Positions 52,257-64,000 of a DNA stretch of 64,000 nt are shown one piece after another (within the stretch, counting starts at the first letter, position 1; each line of letters starts with the position of its first letter). Below the pieces are notes generated by a model. The model had not been told where the DNA came from and made no database searches. It was given only the letters and a program-made list of their open reading frames with translations. This stretch comes from Octopus sinensis (Eukaryota), in contig NC_043000.1 in assembly GCF_006345805.1 (NCBI RefSeq), positions 94,984,001-95,048,000 on the forward strand, in the 5' to 3' direction. The translations under genes and the position numbers were made by a program.

Positions 52257-52637
52257 GGAGTGGCTGTGTGGTAAGTAGCTTGCTTATGAACTACATAGTT
52301 CTGGGTTCTGTCCCACTGCGTGGCACCTTGGGCAAATGTCTTGTACTATAGCCTCGGGCCGACCAAAGCCTTGTGAGTGGATTTGGTAGACGGAAACTGA
52401 AAGAAGCCCGTCGTATATATGTATATATATATGTGTCTGTGTTTGTCTCCCTAACATCGCTTGACAACCGATGCTGGTGTGTTTACGTCCCCGTAACTTA
52501 GCGGTTCAGCAAAAGAGAACGATAGAATAAGTACTAGGCTTACAAAGAATAAGTCCTGGGCTCGATTTGCTCGATTACAGGCGGTGCTCCAGCATGGCCA
52601 CAGTCAGATGACTGAAACAAGTAAAGAGGGTAAAGAG
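52257..52637 (+). mobile_element. SINE family S1
   Basis: Near full-length copy. Confidence 0.9.
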
Positions 52638-53157
52638 TATATATATATAATATATATATATATTATATATATATATTATCCTATCCGAAATGCAATTCGA
52701 AGAAGGCCCGCCATTTACCGGATATATGATTTGTAAACTTCTCATGTGCTTCGTTGGAATAGAGCAGTTGCTGTTTGACTTTGACGGTACTGGTCGTTTA
52801 TTTATGATATGTTCAGAATCAGTCTTACTGGATGAGCATGGTCGCAAATTCTTCGCGGTGAGTGCGAAATCACAGGTGATATAAGACTAAATTCCTTTTT
52901 TAAATGTCTTGCTTTGAAAAATTGCATTGGGTATGATTAGTAAAATTTTTGGTAGAAATGACTGATGTCCCTCTTAGCGTGAGGTATTTATGTGTAATAA
53001 TACCCTCTATATATAAATTAATATGTTCAATAAGAAAGAATTATTTTCGAAATTTTTCTCTTATGAGGTTTTTCACGCTATCTACCTGATAATTTCTTGT
53101 TAAGATTCCTTATTAAGAAGTTATCCTTAATTGTTAAATATATATATATATATATGG

Positions 53158-53340
53158 ACTCGCAGTCGTAGGATCGCGGTTTCGATTCTCAGACCGGCGT
53201 TGTGAGTGTTTATTGAGCGAAAACACCTAAAGCTTCACGACGCTCTGGCGATCCCTGCTGTACTCTTTCTCCACAACTTTCTCTCAGTCCTTCTTCTCTT
53301 GGCCTGCTCGCTTAGCCAGCGAGGTGGCGTCATTTGACGG
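53158..53340 (+). mobile_element. SINE family V, truncated
   Basis: Similar to 26120-26290. Confidence 0.7.
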
Positions 53341-53470
53341 GCTTTTTTCCGTTTCCATCTGCCAAATTCACTGACAAGGCTTTGGTCGACCCGAGGCTAT
53401 AGCAGAAGACACTTGTTGATGGTGCTACGCAGTGGGACTGAACCTGGAACCACGTAGCTGAGAAACAAGC
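53340..53470 (-). mobile_element. SINE family S1, 5' part
   Basis: Head and CORE-like region. Confidence 0.75.
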
Positions 53471-54404
53471 TTCTTTATTTCATTACATTTGCCATGAAGG
53501 CAGTACATAGAGTAAAGTAGCTTTGCGGGCTGGACGAGGACATTAATGAAATGAATGATAATGAAAGAAAGATGATAAGGATGGGAGAAGACAAAAAGCG
53601 CCGGCCGACTTCTGCTTCTCTAAAACATTGTTCTTTAAAACCAAACACAAAACGAGGTATTAAACCTCTTACAACTTTTACAACTTTTCAATTTTTGGAC
53701 TTACACTTCCCTTAGGAATGCGCTAGCTCTAGGTCGAGGCCCCTCAAGTCGTATCTAAACATGTCCTATCAAACATAAAAAATACATTATCACTTCTCCC
53801 TTCCTCCTCTTTCCAGACCTCCAGTCAAATATCTAGCCGCCTGCAGAGCAGACCACGTTGACAGCCGGGGAGTTCAGAAAGAAAGCGAAGTGCCTATTAT
53901 CAAATGCTTGTGTCACACAGTACCACAATTTATGACTCATCCTCAAAATAACTTGTGCCCGCATCCTCTGCCATCCTCCACGCCTCTACCAAAACCACAA
54001 ATTGTTCAATCTTCGGAGGCAAAACACTCCCCCATACAGCAGTTCTCACAATTATTAAAGTTCTTCAAAAGGCACAATACAAGCAATAATTCTCATACTT
54101 AAGTGAGAAAAATATTCACTCAACGTAAACCGAAGACGAGGATACGCCCACCGGAAATGAATCCAATAGATTCTCAATGCATAAAAACAGCAGTTGCCGA
54201 GAGCAGGCGAAATTGTCCCAGAGCTGGGCACAATTTACTGAAAAAATAATTCGCACACAATAAATTATGCCCAGCTCACAATAAACAATCACCTACCTCG
54301 ACAAACTTCTCTGTTTTTGTTCTTGTTTTTCTTTTTAGGACGAGCTCAACGCTCACGTCCTCACCGTTCTGTGTCAAGCAAGCTTCTTACCACACAGTCA
54401 CTCC

Positions 54405-55477
<1,073 letters not shown>

Positions 55478-55642
55478 ATATAAAGGTGTCAGGTAATGCT
55501 GAATAAGTGCTATAGACAGACCATAGTTAAGTTCCAGATTCGGTAATATTGCGAATAAAGGGTTCAACTTTGGTTCTATATCAGCGTAATGAGATAAAAA
55601 AAAAACCAAGGCTTTAGATATTAGAACATTTATAGATAGAAG

Positions 55643-55694
55643 GTCTTACAGCTGTTTCTAGAATATTAATTAATAATATCCCTTCATCGGAGAC
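55643..55694 (-). ncRNA. Hammerhead, family C (core CCGAUGA)
   Basis: GUCU-CCGAUGA-stem II-GAAAC-AGCU-GUA/AGAC. Confidence 0.7.
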
Positions 55695-55943
55695 GGTGTG
55701 AGAGAAAAAGTTAAGTCATAGTTAGTTTAAATGTGATACAAATAGAGAGTGGCGTGGGGGAAAGAAAATAGCTGTAAGATATGTATGGTTATTGGAATAA
55801 TACACATATATACCATTATGCCTATAAAACGGATTTATGAACTCAATAACCATACATATCTTACATCTATTTTCTTTCCTCCACCCCACTCTCTATTTTT
55901 ATAACATCTAAACTAACTATGACTTAACTTTTCCTCTCACATC

Positions 55944-55998
55944 GTCTCTGATGAAGGGATATTATTATTAATCAATATTCTAGAAACAGCTGTAAGAC
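55944..55998 (+). ncRNA. Hammerhead, family C (canonical core CUGAUGA)
   Basis: GUCU-CUGAUGA-AGGGAUAUU...AAUAUUCUA-GAAAC-AGCU-GUA/AGAC; palindromic ACAGCUGU; predicted cut after 55994. Confidence 0.8.
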
Positions 55999-56124
55999 CT
56001 TCTATCTATAAATGCTCTAATATCTATACAGCCTTGGTTTTTTATCTCATTACGCAAAAAAATTCATAAATAAAATCCTTAAAATACTTTAAAATGTTTA
56101 GCCCAAAGGCCGCATATATATATA

Positions 56125-56182
<58 letters not shown>

Positions 56183-56511
56183 ATATATATATATACATAC
56201 ATGTGGGTAGTCTTCAGGTATGCCCACATGGCATAACCATGGTTATATATATATATATCACAATCAAGGAACGGCCATAATAGGCCATCACCCACTAGAA
56301 ATAACAGCCAAAGATTAAAACCGCAAATAAAAAAATCAATTCCGTAAACCAGGAGAAAATTAAAAAACATTTACCCTGTAATATATATATATATTATATA
56401 TATATAGAGAGAGAGAGAGAGAGGAGAGAGAGAGAAGTAGAGAGATGATAAATAATAGATAGATATATATAAGTCAGTAAATAGTGGGGTTGTGTTAACC
56501 GCATATATATG

Positions 56512-56542
<31 letters not shown>

Positions 56543-56549
56543 TATATAT

Positions 56550-56742
56550 ACTCTTTTATTTGTTTCACTCATGTGACTGTGGCTATGCTGCAGCACCGTC
56601 TTTAGTCGAGCAAATCAACCCCAGGACTTATTCTTTGTAAAGCTAGTACGTATTCTATCGGTCTCTTTTGCCGAACACTAGCTAAGACACACCAGCATTG
56701 GTTGTCAAACGATGTTGGGGGGACAAACACAGACACACAAAG

Positions 56743-56812
<70 letters not shown>

Positions 56813-56975
56813 TACGACGGGCTTCTTTCAGTTTCCGTTTACCAAATCCACTCACAAGGCTTTGGTCGGCCCGAGGCTACAGTAGAAGACACTTGCCTAA
56901 GGTGTCACGCAGTGGGACTGAACCCGGAACGATGTAACTCGTAAGGAAGCCATTTACCACACAGCCACTCATACG
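56550..56975 (-). mobile_element. SINE family S1
   Basis: Full-length copy. Confidence 0.9.
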
Positions 56976-57191
56976 CCTAATTGAAAATAGGATAACATCT
57001 TTATAAGAATTTATTAAGTATTCAGCGTGAAAACTCCATAAGAGAAAAATTTATAATTATTCCCTTTAAATATATTTATATTAAAGGCATTAGTACACGT
57101 AAATGCCTCACACTATGAGGGACTCTTAAAGTAAAAACTACCATAATAAATACACAGTGTACCGAACGCGAGGGAATGCAACCTTTGAAGC

Positions 57192-57222
<31 letters not shown>

Positions 57223-57223
57223 G

Positions 57224-57282
<59 letters not shown>

Positions 57283-57515
57283 AGTTGTGCAACGCACTCC
57301 TATACTATCTTCATCTACCTTCATAACTGAAAATACGCTAGTGCTCAGAATCCATGCACAGTATCGAAGAGGAACACAGAAAACATAGTTCATATGTATG
57401 CTTTATATAAGGTACCTGTGTTTTAGAACGCTGCATTCAGTAATTGTGTAAGCATGCATGCTTTATTATACAATAAAATGCAGACGTCGTAAGCAGTAAG
57501 AGAAAAGTACAAATA

Positions 57516-57581
<66 letters not shown>

Positions 57582-58518
57582 GTGTGTGTATTGTGTGTGT
57601 GTGTGTGTAGTTAGACGAAGAGATGATGTAGTGGTAGGAAATTATCTAATAAACTTTAGTTCATCTCAAATATGTTTAGGACATATTTCAACTTGTAAAG
57701 TTAATTTCTCTGCACTTAACCGTGGAGAAATGGATTTCTCGACCTAGGCAAAAAAGGTGTAATGAGTACCATTGCCAGCTTAAAGCGGACTCCCGACTGA
57801 TGGGTGCATTTGTTGTTTGTTAGCTGTCTTCTGTACCATATACCTACAGAGGAAAACCTGAGCTGACTGGAAGGCTTTAACATAATTAAACACTCAATAG
57901 ATACTACTAACTGATTTGCGCACTTGGACTTTCATCACTGCTTCGCGCGACTACTTACATTCTTAGTCCGGCCTGGCGGTCATATTCTTAGATCAGTAAA
58001 TTGTATTTCTTGTTTTTTTTTAATAAAACTAAAGCATTTCAGTCATTCCAGAGTTACTTCTCTTATTCCAGATGGACAGCAAGCAAATTATAAATGTAAT
58101 TGTCAATCCAGAAAACGCTTTAAGCTGACAATGATTTTCTTACAATTATTTACCTAAAGTGAAATTTTATTTTCCCAACGGTTAACTGCAGTGAAATTGC
58201 CTTCACAAGTTGAAATATGTCACAAGCCTAACTAATGTTTCTCCCCCCATCTATCTCTCTCACTCTTTCTCTCTCTCCATCTCTCTCACTCTCTCTCTCT
58301 CTCTCGCTTTCTCTAAATTTGTTTCGCTCTGTCTCTCATTCTCTCCTTCTTTCTCTCTTTCTCCGTCTCCCTCTTCCTCTCTCTGACTGTATGTATACAT
58401 ACACACACACACACACACATATATATATGGGGAGAATTGACAAGAAAACAAAAGACGAAGACAGGTAGTGTAGACAACAAACAGTTGTATTAGTTTAACC
58501 CTCGGGAAGTGAAAAACT

Positions 58519-58554
58519 CCTTAACGTTTCGAGCCTACGCTCTTCCACAGAAAA
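58519..58554 (-). ncRNA. Minimal hammerhead-like motif, family E (core CUGUGGA), in fragment ~58430-58612
   Basis: UUUU-CUGUGGA-A-GAGC-guag-GCUC-GAAAC-GUU/AAGG. Confidence 0.6.
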
Positions 58555-58771
58555 GAAAGGAACACAGAGAGAAAATAAAGAATATATAGTGGCTAACGAT
58601 CTCTCATGGCGAATATATATATATATGCACGCACATATATATACATACATATATATGTGTGTATATGTATGTATGTGTGCAAAATTCTATGTATGTGTTT
58701 ATGCATGTAGTATATATATATACACACACATACATACATACATATATACATACGTATATATATATATATAT

Positions 58772-58808
<37 letters not shown>

Positions 58809-59271
58809 ATATAATATACATACATACATACATGCATGTTTCTCACTCTCTAAACCTATCTCTGCCTCCTCGTTCTCTCTATCTTTCTCATATGTGTATG
58901 TATGTATGTAAAATTGTATGTATCTGTTATTGCACACACACACATACATACTCACATACATACATAAATACATATATACACACACACATATACATACATA
59001 TATACATGTATGCTTGCATACATGTGTTTGCATTTGGCTGGTTAACGTATGAACCAATTTGAAAATAACAAGGTACCAACATACAGGTAAGTAATAGTTT
59101 GCTATACGGGGTAAGATACTATTTGACGACGGGAAAGTAGAAAGAATAGCTTTAAGGCATCGAACCACAAGTCAAACGTGTTTTGTATAATTGTGAGAAG
59201 CATTACACCAACATGACCCGAACATTTTCAACCGCTGAAATTTGAAGCTTTCACTGACCAAGAAGTACTCA

Positions 59272-59950
<679 letters not shown>

Positions 59951-61557
59951 TATTTTCCTTTTTTATTACACATTTTACAGATTTTCTTTCCAGACTTTGG
60001 TAGTCATGCATCGCGTCATTTCCTTCTTGCATGGAATTGTCAGAACGACATAACCGGAAGAAAATAATTTACGCTAAATTTAACACTTTACGAAATCTAT
60101 ATCAACGAAAGCAATGAAGTGTAGTTATTATACTAATGACTCCTGAGGAATCTGGATATTCGAAGTCTGCTACTGGAGATTTGAACTCTCCAGTTCCAAA
60201 ACCTATAAACTTGAACTAAGAAAACTGGTCGGGTGTCGAAATACTATTTTCTTATTTGCACTTAGATAGATAAAACGAATCGGTCGCTTCGCTTCTCATC
60301 CAAAACACATTAATATCGATCTGTTAAGGGGGGGTTTTCATGTCATGTTCATGTATTAATATATGTGAAAATATATTTGGGGGACACTTCCATTGCAGAG
60401 AGAGTGAACTCAGTAATAACTGCTAGTTAAAGTCTTTCTACTTTCTTTTCATGAACACAACAGCAATTATCTCTCCAAACCAAAACCTGATTTTCATCTG
60501 AAATTGCCATAGCTTTCTCGTCATCTTTGATGTTTCTGAGAAAATGATTCTGTCGCTATTTTCTCCAGTTTCCTTCTTATAATATTCCTGTAGCATTTTG
60601 AGATAGAATGATCTTGTCCTCATATATTTGTTCATAGCTTTCTTCAATCAGAATATTTGGTGGCGTCGCAAAACAACAATAAAAACAAGAGATATACGAG
60701 TTACTAGAATTTAGTATATTTCAGACGACTGTATTGTTTTCTCGTTTATATACTTTTCCCAATCATTTTCTGAATATAGAAAATTGTAAATTTTTCTTTA
60801 GCTAACAATTTTATCGCTCCATATGATTTATAAGGTCTTTCTTTCAATTGCCAAATTGTTTTATTTTCTTTCTTACTTTAATTCCCTTGAGTCTCTTTAA
60901 AATATATAATAGTTGAGAAAAGGTCAACAACTTTACGTATGTGTAATATATGGCTTTATCAATGTATGACATCAATTCATAAGCACAATATTCACAGTAT
61001 CGAGTTTTCGTTTCCGGCTTTAATCCAGCTGCGCGGTAAGACTTGGTGCAAGTATAATCTTCAATTTTCTCAAATAGAGCTAAGTCTTATGAATGAGATT
61101 AGGCAGATGGAAAGAGTGCGGAAGCACGTTGAATAAGCTGGGGTGTTTGGCCTAATCCGTGAATCGGTTAACACTAATATTGGTCCTTTGGCGTCTTTAG
61201 CCAATTCTTCCCTGCTGTAAACATTTGGAGAAAACCTTTGGTCTAATGATAAATCGGTGTCCTCATGCACTGTTTCCTGCTGTAACAACCCATGAGTTGC
61301 ATTTTCTTCATCCCTATCTTCACGTCAGTTTTGGAGATTCAAAAGCGATAAAGATTGTTATCCTTCCTTTTCATGAAGCCGCAGAAAAAAATAAACATAA
61401 TTCTATCACATAACACGTACTCTTTATGTAGTCCTCGGCGAAATTCAGAATAAGACAGAATGTGACAAGACTGGACCATTAGATCATAGCTAAAACTCCT
61501 TTTTGCAATCTAAGTGGACTGGAGCAACGCGAAATAAAGTGTCTTATTCAACCACAA

Positions 61558-61800
61558 GTGGAGGCACATAGCCTAGTGGTTAGAGCAGCGGATTCACAGT
61601 TGAGAAATTGCGGGTTCGAATCTCAGACCGGGTGATGTGTGTGTTTATGAACGAAAAACCTAAGCTCCACGCGGCTCCGGCAGAAGGTAATGACGAACTT
61701 CTGCTGACTCTTTCGCCACAGCTTTCTCTCACTCTTTCCTCCTGCATCTTGCAGCTCACCTGCGACGGACCGGCGTCCCCTCCAGGTGAGGAACCTATAC
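61558..61800 (+). mobile_element. SINE family V, 3'-truncated
   Basis: Matches 26092-26320. Confidence 0.85.
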
Positions 61801-61854
61801 GCACACGTACATATATACGTGCATACATACATGCATACATACATGCATACATAT

Positions 61855-61885
<31 letters not shown>

Positions 61886-61962
61886 TACATACATACATAC
61901 ATACATACATACATACATACATACATACATACATACATACATACATACATACATACGTACAT

Positions 61963-62600
61963 AGGCGCAGGTGTTGCTGTGTGGTAGAAAGCTTGCTTGC
62001 CAACTACATGGCTCCGGGTTCAGTCCCACTGCGTGGAAACTTGAGCAAATGCCTCATACTAAAGCCTTGTGTGTGGATTTGATAGACGGAATCTGAAAGA
62101 ACTCCGTTGTATGTGTGCGTGTGTTTGCCCCAACCACCATCGCATGACAAGTGATAGCGGTGTGGTTATGTCCCCTTACCTTAGAGGTTCGCCAAAAGAC
62201 TGATAGAATAAGAACTAGACTTTGAAAGAATATCATCCTGGGGTCGATTTCTTCGGCTAAAATCCTTGAAGACGGTGCTCCAGCATAGCCACAGTCAAAT
62301 GACTGAAACATGTAAGAGAAGAAAAGAAGAAAAGAATATACATGCATACATACATTTACAGGTGTACGCACTACGCTCACAAATATGTGTGTGTCTTCGA
62401 GTGTCTTTTCGTCTCCCCAACAATCACTGCTTGACAACCGGTGTTGGTGTGTTTACGTCCCCATACCTTAGTGTTTCGGCAAAATACTAAGCTTTAAAGA
62501 AAATAAGTGCTGAGGTCGAATTCTTCGACCAAAAACCCTTCAAGAGGGTGCTCCAGCATGGCCGCAGTCAAAATGACAGAAACAAGTTAATGAATAAAAG
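61963..62600 (+). mobile_element. Degenerate SINE S1 copy plus a second S1 tail fragment
   Basis: Head at 61963; tails ending at ~62330 and ~62600. Confidence 0.75.
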
Positions 62601-62724
62601 GATATGTGCTAAAGGTGAAGCCTCGATGTTGTCGCTCGACTTGCTAGAAATAGCAGCCAAATCACTTCAAATCATATTTTGCCTTGAAATGAAGTATAAG
62701 AATGCTGAAGATAATGTAGTCCTA

Positions 62725-62781
<57 letters not shown>

Positions 62782-63337
62782 ACTCACACACGCACACACA
62801 CATGCCCATAGATTTTGTACAATCTGGCATGATTTTGCACTGAGATTCGCTTCATCACGTATGAACTGAGAGGTGCGCGAAACAGACAACAGACGTGAAC
62901 AACAGAAACAACTCTAACAACATACTCACACATATTTTCAGATATCTTTGATTTATCCCATATACAAAAAGAAAAAAAAACAACAGGAGCTAACAAACAT
63001 ACAAGAAACAAGCAATAAATAATTTAAGAACCATTCACATTCATATATTTCCAGTTATGCTATTTCAAGATATGAACAATAGCTTTCAGCATGGACATCA
63101 GTATCATACACACATACACAACAAAATAAATATATCAAGAAGAGAAACAAACATTATTAAAAGAAGACTACATTATTCCGCTCTGTTAATACACCATCCT
63201 ACACGTTAGTTATCATGATAAATTGTCGAAGACAGAATATTTATATTTAGATTACTTGCATCATAATTTTTCTGATCTTATTTCTGCGTTTGTTTTTTAT
63301 TCTTGTTTTTGTAGGCGTTCTAGTTGATGTGGTTCTC

Positions 63338-63437
63338 NNNNNNNNNNNNNNNNNNNNNNNNNNNNNNNNNNNNNNNNNNNNNNNNNNNNNNNNNNNNNNN
63401 NNNNNNNNNNNNNNNNNNNNNNNNNNNNNNNNNNNNN
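63338..63437. other. Assembly gap (100 N)
   Basis: Run of N. Confidence 1.
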
Positions 63438-63567
63438 TATCTCCCCTACTTTCGCTCTCACGTCTGATCTCTGACTCTTGGCCGGAATCAGATCGCCATG
63501 TTGAATCGCTAGCTTCTGCACGCATTTTTTTCTCTCCTTGTTTCTCTCCGTGTTTCTTTTCTGTGTA

Positions 63568-63605
63568 TCTTTCTGCTGAAGAATGTAGGCTCGAAACGTA
63601 AAAGA
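63568..63605 (+). ncRNA. Minimal hammerhead-like motif, family E (core CUGCUGA), in fragment ~63460-63700
   Basis: UCUUU-CUGCUGA-A-GAAU-guag-GCUC-GAAAC-GUA/AAAGA; 5-bp stem I; stem II mutated. Confidence 0.55.
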
Positions 63606-63729
63606 CTTGTTTTATTTATATTCCTGAGCGCCATACTAATACAATTGTTTGTTTGTACTCCACCTGCCTTCGTCTTTTGTTTATTTTCATAAAGCTTCCC
63701 TTTATATATATATATACATATAAATCCCT

Positions 63730-63865
63730 TGGCCTCTCTTATTTGTTTCGGTCATTTGACCACGGCCATGCTGGAGCACCGCCTTTAGTCGAACAAATTG
63801 ACCCCAGGACTAATTCTTTGTAAGACAAGTACTTATTCTATTCGGTCCCCTTTGCCGAACCGCTA
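63730..63865 (-). mobile_element. SINE family S1, 3' part
   Basis: Tail region ggccatgctggagcaccgcctttagtcga. Confidence 0.8.
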
Positions 63866-63885
63866 ATATATACATATATATAAAT

Positions 63886-63926
<41 letters not shown>

Positions 63927-64000
63927 TATATATACGTTTCACTTATTATTTTGCACATTACTTAATCATTGTTATATGTTTTATCTTATATTTAATCTTT

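Larger units (their letters stand above)
55584..56055. repeat. ~470-bp inverted duplication of a family-C Penelope-type terminal segment
   Basis: Arms at 55584-~55800 and ~55843-56055. Confidence 0.9.

Noticed and set aside
53880-54110. Possible LINE ORF1 zinc-knuckle remnant
   Set aside because: Only a faint NC..FGG resemblance across frameshifts; not supportable.
60438-61330. Protein-like minus-strand ORFs (60438-60647, 61070-61288) and a 38-nt plus-strand exon candidate at ~60997-61034
   Set aside because: There are no consistent splice boundaries or recognisable domains, and the candidate strands conflict.

Overview
AT-rich, microsatellite-dense eukaryotic DNA made almost entirely of decayed mobile elements. 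The SINE repertoire and (TA)n/(TG)n/(GATA)n density resemble an octopus (coleoid cephalopod) genome; this is inference from remembered repeat families, not a database result. I recognise no intact protein-coding gene; most ORFs in the supplied track are translated microsatellites or antisense reads of repeats. Recognisable elements: four tRNA-derived SINE families; mariner, Tc1, maT/rosa-like, pogo and hAT DNA-transposon remnants and MITEs; a non-autonomous Helitron; CR1-like and R4/Dong-like LINE fragments; two Penelope-type GIY-YIG endonuclease fragments; a tRNA-Leu pseudogene; and a 100-N gap. The main unexplained signal is 15 type I hammerhead-ribozyme (HHR) motifs in six sequence families. 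One family forms a ~600-bp head-to-tail array with an inverted copy whose breakpoint lies 6 nt from the predicted self-cleavage site (candidate retrozyme/Penelope circular-RNA system). Several dispersed families share non-canonical catalytic cores (A6U/C; U4C). Several large foldbacks and a (GATA)n-embedded insertion with an empty paralogous site are also present.
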